Below, one piece after another: positions 37,936-49,584 of a DNA stretch of 64,000 nt. Position numbers and translations under genes: made by a program. The number at the start of each line of letters is the position of its first letter. Within the stretch, counting starts at the first letter, position 1. Source of the stretch: Blepharisma stoltei ATCC 30299 (lineage: Eukaryota > Protista > Ciliophora). The notes beneath the pieces are model-generated. The model saw only the letters and a list, made by a program, of their open reading frames with translations, was not told the DNA's origin and made no database searches. The stretch is from positions 558,001-622,000 of the forward strand of contig CBFDEM010000013.1 in NCBI GenBank assembly GCA_965603825.1, in the 5' to 3' direction.

Positions 37936-38566
37936 TTAATTGTCAAGATCGATAATCATCTCATCGATAGGATCTTGAATTTGATATGGAAGCCCACAGC
38001 TTCCTTCAGTCCAATAATTCATCATGATTTCAGTTGGAGTGCACATCTCAAACCTCATCAAATTGCTATTTAAATTTTCATAAGTTTTCCCATTGCTATG
38101 GACTTCATTAGTAGAACGCCCATGAGCCTTAACCTTTCTGATATCTGGTCTTGATCTTAGCAGCGACTCAATTTTTTCTGAGTCCATATGATACTCTTCA
38201 TAAAATTCATCATCAGTGTTTTCTATTGATTGATTATCAGATATCTCTGAAGGTGAGATTTCTAACTACATAAGGATTACCTCTGAACTGAGGGACATAA
38301 ATCTTTTCTTTGTCAGAATTAGCCTTCTGAGCTTTTGGAAGTCTCTCTAGAACTTTTGGCTTTTCTTCAATGATCTTTTTAGGACGACCAGTTTTTTTGA
38401 TTGTCGGCTTCGAAGACATGACGATTTTTGCATCAGGATCAACTGATCTGATAATCTTTTCTGTTTTTGAAATAAATTTTGAAATGGCTTTCTTTATGTT
38501 GGCAATCGTCAGTTTATGCTTTCGAGGCCTACCCTTTGCTGCTTTAGTGACTGTTGTATTCCTCAT
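37936..38566 (-). CDS. AT-hook plus PEHE-like (MSL1/KANSL1-type) nuclear protein, two exons
   Basis: KGRPRK and TGRPKK; after splicing IYVPQFREI..IENTDDEFYEEYHMDSEK carries the P-E-H-E pattern. Confidence 0.6.
38262..38280 (-). other. 19-nt intron with an internal alternative 15-nt acceptor
   Basis: GTAATCCTTATGTAG|TTAG; among GT-AG options only the 19-nt removal joins ORFs 38237..38581 and 37936..38187. Confidence 0.6.
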
Positions 38567-39047
38567 TCGATAATTATCCAATCAAAATGGTAAAATGGGG
38601 TATATGTAAGGCAATTTCAACGATATAAAAATTTCAGATAAATAATCTTTTAAAACAAATTTAAAATTATTATGCTGCAGTGAGCGCTTTAAAATGGAAG
38701 CATATTTGGTCTGATATCCTAATCACAATTTTAAAAGCATACTCTAATAAAATATTATTATAATATCCAACTATAAAAAATGCAAAACTTTTTAAATATT
38801 AAATTTACATCACTCAATTATTCACATCTCAAGACCATGAATTTCCATATCCATCTTAATTTTTGTAAAAATTTCAAAATACTATCAAGAAATCTACTAA
38901 ATTAATTTGAATAAAAATCGAAAAGAAAATTTTAAAGCATAGTTCTTCATTCTTTATGATAAATAAATCTAGCAAAAGAGTATGCTGTCTATCAAAAGAA
39001 AAATGAAGATATAAAAATTTATATCCGTTTTACAATAAAGCAATTAT

Positions 39048-41970
39048 ATGTCAGAAGAACAACCTCTCTTTAGTGCAGATTTTGATATTACAACAGAACA
39101 GCTTAAGTAAAGCTTTATATAGTCAATTTTTTGATATACATGAAATACGAGAAGGTGCGAGCATTATAAAATTAAAGACTTATGGAGGAATTAGCTCACT
39201 CTGCAATTCCCTAAAAACAAATGATAAAGAAGGCTTATCACACGTGACAAAACAAGAACTAAAAGACCGTAAAAAATTGTAAATTTCATTTAGCTTTGGA
39301 AATAATAAGGCAGAAGTTCCACCTACAACATCTTTGCTAGAAATAGTTTTTGAGGCGCTTCAAGATTTTACTATCCAATTATTGCTCGTTGCTGCTTTAG
39401 TTTCATTAGTGTTGGGTGTGTTAGAAGATCCCAATGAAGGATGGTATGAAGGAGTATCAATAATGGTCGCCGTTTTAATTGTCGTCTCTGTGTCTTCCGT
39501 TCAAGATTATCTCAAAGAACTCCAGTTCCGCAAGCTCAATTCCGAAGTAAAGCGCTTGAAAATAACAGTTATACGAAATGGGAACACAGAAGAAGTTTTC
39601 ACAGATAAGCTAGTAGTAGGAGACTTAGTTTTATTAAAGCCTGGAGACATTGCACCAGCAGATGGGATTTTATCAAGATCATACGGAATTTTAGCTGATG
39701 AAAGCACTATGACTGGCGAAAGCAAACTTGTAAAAAAAGGTGACAATGATCCTTTTATTATTTCGTCCTCAATCATCACTGAAGGCACAGGAGAAATGAT
39801 TGTTTGCGCTGTCGGAAAAAATTCTTTAATGGGCAGAAATCAAAAGCTATTTAAAAATGAAGTTTTAGACGAACAAACTCCATTGCAGATAAAGCTAGAA
39901 AAGGTGGCAAAACATATAGGAATTGCTGGAGCTATTGCGTCTGTGTTGATTTTCATATTCCTTTCTATATTTACTGTCGAAGAAGCAATTGTTGATGGAA
40001 CATGGAGTTCTGACAGTACAAGTGCTATTATATCAGCATTTATTATAGCAATTACAATACTGGTTGTAGCGATACCTGAAGGCCTTCCTTTAGCTGTCAC
40101 ATTGAGTTTGGCATTTTCCATGAGAAAAATGAAAGATGAAAATATTTTTGTTAAACATCTAAGTGCTTGTGAAACTATGGGAGGATGCCAAGAATTGCTT
40201 ATCGACAAAACTGGTACCATCACTAAAAACGAAATGAAAGTTGTGAAATTCCGAATCGGAGGGAAAAATGTGAGCTCAAAAAATTCAAAAATTGATGAAA
40301 ATCTAGGAATGATTATTGCAAACTCAATAGCAAGAAATACAACAGCCGATGTACATATGGAAGACGATAAACTAATTAAGACTGGAAATAGGACAGAATG
40401 TGCCATGCTGATGTTTTTAAAAGAATGTGGCTATGAATATCATAATTATAGAGATCTAGACACACAAGCTATGCAGCTTCCTTTTAGCTCTGACTCTAAA
40501 ATGATGACAACTCTTCATGTAGATGCACAGGAAAACGGATTTTTGTACGTGAAAGGAGCACCTGAAAGAGTCATCGAAAAATGCGCATTTTATTATAAGG
40601 AGGATGGCATCCAAGGAGAATTGACTACAGAAATCATTGAAAGCATTAATGCAACCATCGAGAAATGGTCACAAAAAATGAGAAGAACATTAGCCCTAGC
40701 TTATAAATCTGGCACCCTTGAAGCATTAAATTTGGGAAGCAAGCCAACTAAAGAAGAATTGGATGCTTCTTTAAATGGCATGATTTTGATCGGAATTATC
40801 GGAATTGAAGATCCTATCAGAGATGAAGCTGCATCTGCACTTAGCCAATTAAAAGAAACTGGAGTAACTGTAAGAATGATTACTGGCGACTGCAAAGATA
40901 TTGCTGCAAGAATAGGTAAGCAATGCTATTTATTATCTCCAGATTCAGAAGTCAATAAAAATACAGTGCTGCTAGGAAGAGACTTTAGCGTTAAAGTAGG
41001 AGGAATCAAGGTGGATGAAGATGATGAGAAAACCACATATAAGGTTGGAAATGAAGAAGAGTTCAAACTTATTGCTGAAGATTTAAAGATCTTAGCAAGA
41101 TGTAGCCCACAAGATAAATTATTAATTACAATAGGAATGAGAAACCTAGACAGAGTGGTTGCAGTTACAGGAGATGGCACAAATGACGCTCCAGCTCTCC
41201 AAAGAGCTGATATTGGAATCGCAATGATGACTGCGACTCCATTAGCCAAAGAATCGGCCGATATCATTTTATTAGATGACAACATCCAAAATCTCGTCAT
41301 AGCTGTCAAATGGGGTCGAAATATTTTCGAAAACATCAGACGATTTTTGCAATTCCAGTTAACAGTCAATATTGTAGCTTTGTTCCTATGCCTATTAGGT
41401 GCAGTTAGTGTAGCTAGCTCTCCACTATCTGCAGTCCAGATGCTTTGGGTCAACCTTGTTATGGATTCTTTGGCTGCATTAGCACTATCTACTCAAGACC
41501 CTGACAAGAGAGTATTAGAATCTCATCCTTATGGAAAGAGTGAGTATATAATCTCCAAAGAAATGATTTTCAGCATAATTGTTCAGTCCACTTACCAAAT
41601 TATAGTCCTTACCTTAGTCTTATTTTTAACTCCTACCTTACTTGGAATTGAAAATGGTTGGGATGATGGTGCACTCCATTATACCATATTTTTCAATGTG
41701 TTTGTCATGATGCAGCTATTCAATCAAATCTCCTGCCGAAAAATAAGAAAGGATGACTGGAACATTTTTGATGGAATTGGAAGCAACTGGCTCTTTGGTG
41801 TGATCATTGGGCTTGAATTTGTGATGCAGATCCTCTTTGTGCAGTTTGGAGGAAGCTTTATGAATACTGAAGAGCTAACACCTATCACACACTTATGCTG
41901 TATTGCTATTGGGATAAGTGTGATTCCAGTCGCGTTGTTCACGAAGTTTTTGATTACAAAGACGCTTTAA
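39048..41970 (+). CDS. P2B (PMCA-type) calcium-transporting ATPase, 963 aa, three exons
   Basis: TGES, IPEGLPL, DKTGT, KGAPE, TGD, GDGTND, QMLWVNL; two micro-introns restore the N-terminus (RKKFFGNN). Confidence 0.95.
39107..39122 (+). other. 16-nt spliceosomal intron
   Basis: GTAAAGCTTTATATAG; links the ATG 39048 frame to the 39073..39282 frame. Confidence 0.85.
39279..39293 (+). other. 15-nt spliceosomal intron
   Basis: GTAAATTTCATTTAG with in-frame TAA; removal restores the conserved R...FG.N motif. Confidence 0.9.
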
Positions 41971-42080
41971 TTAATTATTTGAATATGTTCAGATTGCAGC
42001 TGATATTTTTATTAATTAAATCTATGGACTATTGATGAGGATTATTTTTCAGTAAATACTGTTAATAAGTTAGCATCAAT

Positions 42081-42563
42081 TTAAAACGTAACGCAAGAGC
42101 AACCGATCTTATTTGCCATTAAATTTGAATTTGGGCCAATATTTTTCTCATAGACTTGCAGTTGCTTTATAAAACCAATATTTGGGTTGCTGTCTCTATG
42201 TCTGTCCTTGACATATTGCAATGCATTGATAGCTGTAAATTTCTTCTTATACATCAAATAAGCTGTGACAACCGCGCAACTCCTAGATATTCCTTGAGAG
42301 CAATGCACCAAAACTTTGCCGTTGTTTTGTATTGCATTCTCAATTCAAGAATTACACTCAGGAAAATGCTTTCTCAGGTTTTCTTTTTCGTCGTCCCATA
42401 CATTGATTCGCTTATAATGAAAACATATAGGAAATTCAGGCTCCAGGTTATTTCCGACGATAAGGATGTGGGTAATCCCAGTTCGCTTTAAAAGCTCAAA
42501 TTTGCCTGCAGAAAGTTTATTTCCTATATAAAGCCCTTCATCAATAAAATCAATGCTGTACAT
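42081..42563 (-). CDS. atypical dual-specificity protein phosphatase
   Basis: GLYIG, VHCSQGISRS, AYLM, PN.GF; joined through TGA 42345. Confidence 0.92.
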
Positions 42564-42586
42564 TTAAAATTTATGATAATATTTAC

Positions 42587-43099
42587 TTAAAGCGATTTTA
42601 AGATGGTTTCTGCTGATGAAATATCAGTTAGCTGCCCACCATTCTCATCGTTGAGCAAGGTAATTGTTCCATTTTCTACAAGAGCTGTGAATCTTCTAGT
42701 CCTATATCCTAAGTTTTTCTCTGATAAATCCACACCGGCTTCTATTGCTTTGGTAAATTCCCCAGATCCATCACAAATAAAAGGTATTGTAGTGTCTAAT
42801 TCTTGGGCAAATTCTTTCAAAACAAATGGATCATTTATTGACAACCCAATTACTTCAACACCTTTGTTAGAAAAACTCCCATGAAGTTTTACAAACTGAG
42901 GCAAATGATGATTTGTGCAAGTTGGTGTAAAAGCGCCGGGAAAACCTACAAGAACGACTTTTTTGTTTGCAAAAAGTGAGACTGTATCAATGTCTTTTGC
43001 GATTGTGTATTTTCTGGCTTCGCCAGAAGTGACTGCAACTTTGAGTCATGGGATGACCTGGTTTGTGTGAAGAAGACGCTTGCAAAGGCTATTCAACAT
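42587..43099 (-). CDS. PRDX5: type II / Prx5-family peroxiredoxin, possibly mitochondrial
   Basis: PGAFTPTCTNHHLP, SINDPFV, RTRRF; ATG 43099 through one TGA. Confidence 0.88.
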
Positions 43100-43178
43100 A
43101 TTTTATTGAAATTCTGGGATGCAAATTTGATGTTATGGTAAAATTTAGTGAAAACTGAGAAAATTAAGGAAAATAAGC

Positions 43179-43691
43179 TTACAAATGGTCTTTAAAATAT
43201 TTTATGCCTTTGATTTTATCAAGTATTGGAAGGTCTATTTGATTCAGGGTGTATAACTTTGGAAGAATTTTAGGGATTGGTGATGAAGCTTGTGATGAGC
43301 ATTTTTCGATTGGGTTTTTGAGATTTCCTTTTAGGGATATAGAATTGCTAGCATTTTGTGTGCAAGATAGTATCGGATTGCGAAAAGTTCTTTCTAATGG
43401 CTTACATCCATGCAGAATATGATCACATCTGGCACTTGATATTTTAACTTTTTTAAAATGTTTCAGCATAGGCAATGAGCTTGATTTCGATAAAGATTCT
43501 ACCCTTCCTTCTTTATCACCAATTTTCTCTTCTTTTTTTCACTTCACATCACTCTCCAAAAATAAATTTTTTATCGGCGAAATTTGTGACGACCCAGGAA
43601 ATTTCTTTTTTCCTCTCAAATAAATTCCCCTCCTACGCTTTTCCAAGTCTTCGTATGCAAAATTATAAAGCCCTGAATGCTCATTTATCAT
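43179..43691 (-). CDS. hypothetical basic protein
   Basis: ATG 43691 in frame through one TGA with ORF 43179..43475. Confidence 0.6.
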
Positions 43692-43705
43692 TATTTTATA
43701 TTAAC

Positions 43706-44620
43706 TTATAATCCAGGGTGTCTTCTTAAATATGTAGGAAATCTTGGAATCCCATCATTGCTTAGTTCTTGATATTTATAAGTCACAACAGAGCCAATAG
43801 GAGGTGGATCTTGCCTTTCTGCGTCAGAAAACCCTGACCCAATTTTGAATTCTTTTCCATTGTCCATGCGGACTTTTAACGCGCCAAACATTCCTTTAAA
43901 CTTGCCTTTGCCTTGTTCATGAGCTATCACAGTAGCTTCTGCGTCTTTAAAAGACTTGACTTTTAAAAGTGTTGAAGTTCTTCTGCCTTCATACATGCTT
44001 TTAGGTTGCCTCAGCATAACACCTTCACCTCCCAAAGCTTCAATTTTCGCTGCTTCCTGAGATAAATCTTTTTTTCCTGTGCAAATACGCTGTGGGAGAA
44101 CTTCTACGTATTGGTTTGTGGTGGCTGCACCGAATTTTTTTAAATATTCAAGTCTCTCTTCAAATGGAGCGTCTATAGAGGGAGCATCAAAAAGCATGAA
44201 TTTTACTTTATTTCAGCGAGACATATCATTTTTGCCGTTATTAGTGCAGCGCACAATGCTGACACATTCTTGGAAGGCTTTGCGGCCAACCCAGAGCTCA
44301 CCGTCTAAGCTGACTGTTTTAGGGAGTCCTTCAACAAAAAAATCAGGCACATCATATGGGTTTCCTTGACGCGAAACAAAAGATTTTCCGTTTCAATAGC
44401 AGCGAACACCATCTAGCTTTTCACTGAGCCACCAACCAGTTGGGTCTTGGTTTTTTAGGGTATTAGCAAGCATGAGAGAGATCACTTCTTCTGGTGGTCC
44501 AGAGCCAATTTCATAATCAAAGTCTCTTGCTCTTTTAGCTGGGAGTTGAGGCTTAGCCGCGTTTTTGGAAGATTTAGAGATCGTTTTTGGGTCTTCAACT
44601 TCTTCTATATCTGAATCCAT
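43706..44620 (-). CDS. minimal ATP-dependent DNA ligase (adenylation + OB domains; Lig E / viral-like), 304 aa
   Basis: SEKLDGVR, LDGEL, FMLFDA, EGVMLR, LLKVK, FKIGSGF, TYKY, PRFP; TGA(Trp) at 44393 and 44213. Confidence 0.92.
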
Positions 44621-44744
44621 TTTTATAAAGCCCCCAAAATTTCATGAAATATATGAGCATTAATATGAAAAAAGAGATTAATTTTGGAATTGAATTAATT
44701 TTTTTAATTATTTTATAAAATCGGTTTATAAAGCTTCCTTAGAT

Positions 44745-46400
44745 TTATTCTATTAAGTATTCCCATGGGCCTTGTGCACTCTCTAAAAGTAGCCCAAAGA
44801 TATACTTTGAAAATCCAGCTTCTTCGTCACATGCGAATACATCATTGAAGACATCATTAGAAAGCCTACAGTAAAGATATTTTTGGCATTTCTTGTCACA
44901 CTTTTTAGCCTCGAAAGGATATTGAGCAAGCCAGTTTGCGTAGAATTTTTGGCCAGTTGCTTCATCATCAAGTACCTGGTCAGCTAATGCAGCAAATGAT
45001 AGAGGTGACATATCTGGCATACTATATTCATCCTTGAAATTGAAGACTTCTTCAAATGTGGCGCTTTCAGTGTTTTGGTTAGCTGTATATAAAGGTAGCC
45101 TATATTGGTGGATATTTACAAGGTGATGTGTCTTTACGTCATACTCATAAAGTCTGAACGATGGGTTTTGGTCTGAATAAGTTCCAAATGAAGGAGCGGC
45201 AATGTAAACGCCAGCTGGATCAGCACCAGGGATCAATGAGTGAACCACAAAGAACTCATCTTGGTGAGTGTGTCCAAAGAATTGTCCTCTGATAGTGTTT
45301 TGGAACCTGTTTACAAGGGTTCTGAAATGTCTTGACCATGTTGAATCAATATATTTATCTCCGTGAGGAATATGCCCTAATATGATAACTGGCTCGTTGT
45401 TAGCTTCTGCTTGATAAAGTTCAGTTCTCAACCATGCAAGCATTCCTGCAGGATCGGTGTTGTTAGGAATGAGCCATCCGTTCATGTTGTCTCCGAGCTG
45501 ATTATTAAGTCCAATAATCCTGAACCCAGTTGTAGGCTCTAAGGCCGAGTAGTAGCCGTTTTGGGAAAATTGTTGAATTTGATCAGGGCCAAGCCATTCA
45601 CCCCATAATGAAGTCAAATTTCCAAGTAAAACTTGCTCATGGCCAGGGTGGAAAAAGTCCATTGGGAAACAATCATGATTCCCAATAATAGGGAACATTG
45701 GAACTTGTAAATAATCCTTGAACATCTGAGTCAGCTTGATTGTCACATTCATTTCTTTTTCTCTTTCATAAGCCCAAACGTCATGAGGAGGATTGTCACC
45801 AGTCCAAACTACGAAGCTGATAGGAAGGTTCTTGATCTGTTCCAGAAATGCGATTGCTGTCTGTGGAGGTGTGTCGCAGCTTGCGCGAGATCCCCAGTAT
45901 CCAGCTGTACCGTTACCTGATCTGCAACAAAGAGGATAGTTGCAATCTACTTCTGATCCAGGCTGATAGAAAAAGTCAATGTGCATGTCAGTCACCTGTA
46001 ACACAAAAAATGTTTCATTACCTGTTTGAGGCCATGGCTGAATTTCTGGCATGTCTTGAAGTACTTCACGCTCGTATTGAGTCAAGTTTTCTAATAAGTA
46101 TTCTGGATGAGCACAAGATCCAATTTTTGAACAAACGTAATCAGGGCTAAGGAATTTCGCAATGGTATTTTCTGCATACCCTGGCCCATAAATGTCAACA
46201 AGTCCTTTACAAACTTCATGATGCTCAAAGAGAGAGCAAATCCCTATAAGGATGTCAGCGCCTGAGTCAAGGAATGCTCCACTGCCCACTGCATCTTTAA
46301 GAGCTTCAACAATTGCATGACACTGTAAGCAGTCTGGTTTGCGACGTGCTGTGACTTGCAGGGCTAAGACTGCAAATGCAATGGTTAAAATCATTCGCAT
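44745..46400 (-). CDS. acid sphingomyelinase-like phosphodiesterase (saposin B + metallophosphoesterase)
   Basis: Signal peptide, saposin Cys pattern, TDMHID, WTGDNPPH, GNHD, GHTH, NPSFRLY. Confidence 0.93.
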   Translation of the reverse strand: MRMILTIAFAVLALQVTARRKPDCLQCHAIVEALKDAVGSGAFLDSGADILIGICSLFEHHEVCKGLVDIYGPGYAENTIAKFLSPDYVCSKIGSCAHPEYLLENLTQYEREVLQDMPEIQPWPQTGNETFFVLQVTDMHIDFFYQPGSEVDCNYPLCCRSGNGTAGYWGSRASCDTPPQTAIAFLEQIKNLPISFVVWTGDNPPHDVWAYEREKEMNVTIKLTQMFKDYLQVPMFPIIGNHDCFPMDFFHPGHEQVLLGNLTSLWGEWLGPDQIQQFSQNGYYSALEPTTGFRIIGLNNQLGDNMNGWLIPNNTDPAGMLAWLRTELYQAEANNEPVIILGHIPHGDKYIDSTWSRHFRTLVNRFQNTIRGQFFGHTHQDEFFVVHSLIPGADPAGVYIAAPSFGTYSDQNPSFRLYEYDVKTHHLVNIHQYRLPLYTANQNTESATFEEVFNFKDEYSMPDMSPLSFAALADQVLDDEATGQKFYANWLAQYPFEAKKCDKKCQKYLYCRLSNDVFNDVFACDEEAGFSKYIFGLLLESAQGPWEYLIE

Positions 46401-46787
46401 TTTATAATTATTCAACCGATTTGAAATGGTTAAAAAATCATCAACTTAAGAGTTTATTAATAGGAAAATTTTCGTTCCATTTCTGGAGAGTAAATAATAA
46501 TAGTGAATAAGAAAATTTTAATTCCCAATATTACTAAATCTCATATATAAATACAAAGAGACAACATATTTATATTTTTTGGTTCCGATGAGCAATTAGG
46601 CTTCCAATTTTATAAAAAAAACTTAAAAGCTTGATATAAAGATTTTATATTTGATTAAAGATGACCGAATTTTAACTTAAGAGATTATCATATTTTTAGA
46701 CATCCGAGACGTCACGTCTTAAAATTTAAAACTTTCCGAATCAAAATGGTAATTTATAATTCAATTAGAATTTGCATAAAGATAAAT

Positions 46788-47177
46788 ATGAGACCTCAGT
46801 ATAGAGAAAAACCTTCCCCTGAAGAGTGCGAAGAATTAAAAAAGCTTGGTCTTGAAAATGATGATATTAATGAAGCGTTTATTCCTTTAGATTTATCCGA
46901 AGAAAAAGTCCCATTCACTTGCATCAAAAAAATTCTTGAGTGCCCTCTCTGTGGGCAGATTCTAAGAGATCCATTGATTTCCAAGCTGTGTGCTCATATT
47001 TTCTGTATGGAATGCATTTTAATGCATTTAAATACAAGCCAAATTAAGGATTGTCCGAAATGCCATGTTCCTTTAGACAACGAATCAAATTTAGATCCTG
47101 CGTATTTTATTGAAAGCATTTTAGCAAAGATTATACAAAGTTCAGAAAATGCAGCAAGAGGAGATTATGATATATAA
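46788..47177 (+). CDS. C3HC4 RING finger protein (RING1/PCGF-like)
   Basis: CPLC..CAHIFCMEC..CPKC; alternative start at ATG 46746. Confidence 0.75.
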   Translation: MRPQYREKPSPEECEELKKLGLENDDINEAFIPLDLSEEKVPFTCIKKILECPLCGQILRDPLISKLCAHIFCMECILMHLNTSQIKDCPKCHVPLDNESNLDPAYFIESILAKIIQSSENAARGDYDI

Positions 47178-47371
47178 ATAATATTTTTTAAAGAGATCAA
47201 AAGCTAGCTGAGAGGTTTGGCTATCAAAAGCGCTTATCTAAAATAGCTTTTTCATTTTCTGCATATATGTTGGCTTTTAGGTTAATTATGTCTCTATCTT
47301 GATTTAATTATTCGTTTTTCAATAAAAAGCATTAGCTTAGCTAAAACAATAGAGATTATTTCTTAATTAAA

Positions 47372-47692
47372 ATGGTCGACATAAAGCTAGATTCGCCTAC
47401 TAAATATGCAAACCATTTAGAAGAGCTTAGAAATCTCTATTGCGATTTAACAGAAGAAATAAAGAAGGAAGAATCTGAAAAACTTGCAATTTTTAAAGAA
47501 ATGGATATAGTAGCAAATCGTCTTGCACAGATTGAAAGAGAGCTGCAATCAATGGAAACTAATAGCAATAATATTGATGTAATAATCAAAGAAATATCTA
47601 AAGGCTATACTAAAATAGAAGCCAGCACATATTCTTTATATATGTTAGCAAGTCGACAGTTAAAAATGCTTAAAAGAAAGTTTCCTCTCTAA
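47372..47692 (+). CDS. DIP13/SSNA1(NA14)-like small coiled-coil basal-body protein
   Basis: 106 aa; LEELR..I..EE.EK..I..RLAQI..D..I.E..Y.KI..S pattern recalls DIP13. Confidence 0.6.
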   Translation: MVDIKLDSPTKYANHLEELRNLYCDLTEEIKKEESEKLAIFKEMDIVANRLAQIERELQSMETNSNNIDVIIKEISKGYTKIEASTYSLYMLASRQLKMLKRKFPL

Positions 47693-48080
47693 CAATAATT
47701 ATATATTTATACTTTTATAGTCTAAAAGATAAAGAAATAATCTTGAGTAAAATAGCTAGAAAATAATTTCAAGAGTCCAATAAATTCATAATAAAGCTTT
47801 GCAAAATTAAATAAATCTAAATTAAAAATTGCATATTTAAAAAAGATAAAAGATATCTATAGGATGAGCATCACTGAAAAAATGTTCTATTATTATTAAT
47901 GTGCATGATAACATAAAATATTTTACTTAGCATGCATTATAATTAAAACAGATCTCCAGATATGAGAATAATTTTTTTAGTTAAAATGAAATAATATGGA
48001 TTCTGATATAAAGCTATGTTTGCCATATCATACTACTTCACCGATGATTATTCATAAAATCTGATAAATAATTTAAAATA

Positions 48081-48938
48081 ATGACAACATACCAAAATCC
48101 ACAGAGTGTTCCGGCTTATCCAAATCCTCAATATCCTACATATCCTACTAATCAGAACCCTTCAAATGGGTATGCAGGAGCCCAACAATACCAAGCTAAT
48201 AGAAATTCTCCTATCATTTATATACATCCCAACGAACCAAATCGAGCAGAAAATGCTCAAGAGCCCTCATTCATGAGGACTGATAAAAATGAAAGAAAAG
48301 ACTTTATCAAAAAAGTATATGCTTTGCTAACCATTCAGCTTGCCATAACCACAATTTTTGCAGGAATTACAGTTGCAGTAAAGCCTTTAAGAGATGGGCT
48401 TATATTAACTTATCCTTTATTTTGAGTCTGCATATTTATATCCATTGTTTTGCTAATAGCTTTATTTTGCAGCAGAAGATTATCAAAAAAATACCCATAT
48501 AACTATATAGCACTTTTTATTTTTACACTACTAGAATCTTATATTATAGCGTTTATATGTGCATATTCAGAGCCTCTTGCTGTGCTTGCTGCAGCAGTAA
48601 TGACTCTTTCAATTACAGCAGGATTAACAATCTATGCTTGAAAAACAAAAAAAGATTTCACGCTTATGGGAGGATTGATCACAGTGCTAATTTTTTCTGT
48701 ATTTTGGTTTGGGATTTTTATGATTTTCTTGTATAGTACATTTCTTTATTTGATATATGCATTTATTGTTGCTTTGATTTTTGGGTTCTATATTGTGTAC
48801 GATACTCAACTAATTGCAGGAGGAAGATATAATGAACTAACATATGATGATTACGTCATTGGGGCGTTGCTATTGTATATAGATATTATTGGGCTGTTTT
48901 TAATTATTTTGTCACTTTTTGGAAATAAACGTTCGTAG
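48081..48938 (+). CDS. TMBIM / Lifeguard (Bax inhibitor-1 family) membrane protein
   Basis: P/Y/Q-rich N-terminus, RKDFIKKVY, YPYNY, YDTQLI, LLYIDII; TGA(Trp) 48423 and 48639. Confidence 0.92.
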
Positions 48939-49047
48939 ATATAACTTTAAGCTCACATGAGCAATTTATAAAGATATTATATTATCTTAAAGTCATTTTT
49001 AACTAATAAATTGAATTAATTATTGAGGTAAAATCCATAACTATAAA

Positions 49048-49281
49048 ATGGGAATGAGTGCTTGCCAAAAATGCTATAAAGGGATAGAATTTGAGCTAGA
49101 ATTAGATAGAAGAGATATTTCAACGTCTAAAATGAGTCAAAATTATGAAAATGATGCTAAGTATAAAAGAGATTCAAGTTCTGACAGTAAAAGAAGAGAA
49201 ATAAATCAACCAAAAAATATTCAGAATAAGAAATCTTCATATTCAAATTCTGGAAATGAAGTCCACAACCGCCTGACATAG
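49048..49281 (+). CDS. small hypothetical protein, possible N-myristoyl/palmitoyl anchor
   Basis: MGMSACQKC N-terminus; 77 aa. Confidence 0.5.
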   Translation: MGMSACQKCYKGIEFELELDRRDISTSKMSQNYENDAKYKRDSSSDSKRREINQPKNIQNKKSSYSNSGNEVHNRLT

Positions 49282-49344
49282 ATTTAAAATATGTACGAAA
49301 ACCATAAAGACGAATTAATCATAAATTTCCAATTCAGTTTTTAA

Positions 49345-49551
49345 TTATTGTCTCTTCTTCTTAAGTCCTTCAGGAATTTTAACAGGTGGCTTCCATCTTA
49401 TCACACATATCAAAAGAGCAAAACCTATAATGCTCAAAGCAAAAGAAATAAGCAATGAATAATCTTGTAAAGGCAGCTGTGAGAGAGTTATTTTAATGCC
49501 TGGAGGAAATTGCTCTACTAGAAAAGAGTTTAGTTGAGCAAGTTTATCCAT
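49345..49551 (-). CDS. small single-pass membrane protein
   Basis: One hydrophobic segment, C-terminal KKKRQ. Confidence 0.6.
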   Translation of the reverse strand: MDKLAQLNSFLVEQFPPGIKITLSQLPLQDYSLLISFALSIIGFALLICVIRWKPPVKIPEGLKKKRQ

Positions 49552-49584
49552 TTTATATTATAGTTTAGAGAGTTAAGAAGATCG

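Noticed and set aside
46749-46768. Possible 20-nt intron after ATG 46746
   Set aside because: Atypical length and removal would shift out of the RING frame; ATG 46788 is the simpler start
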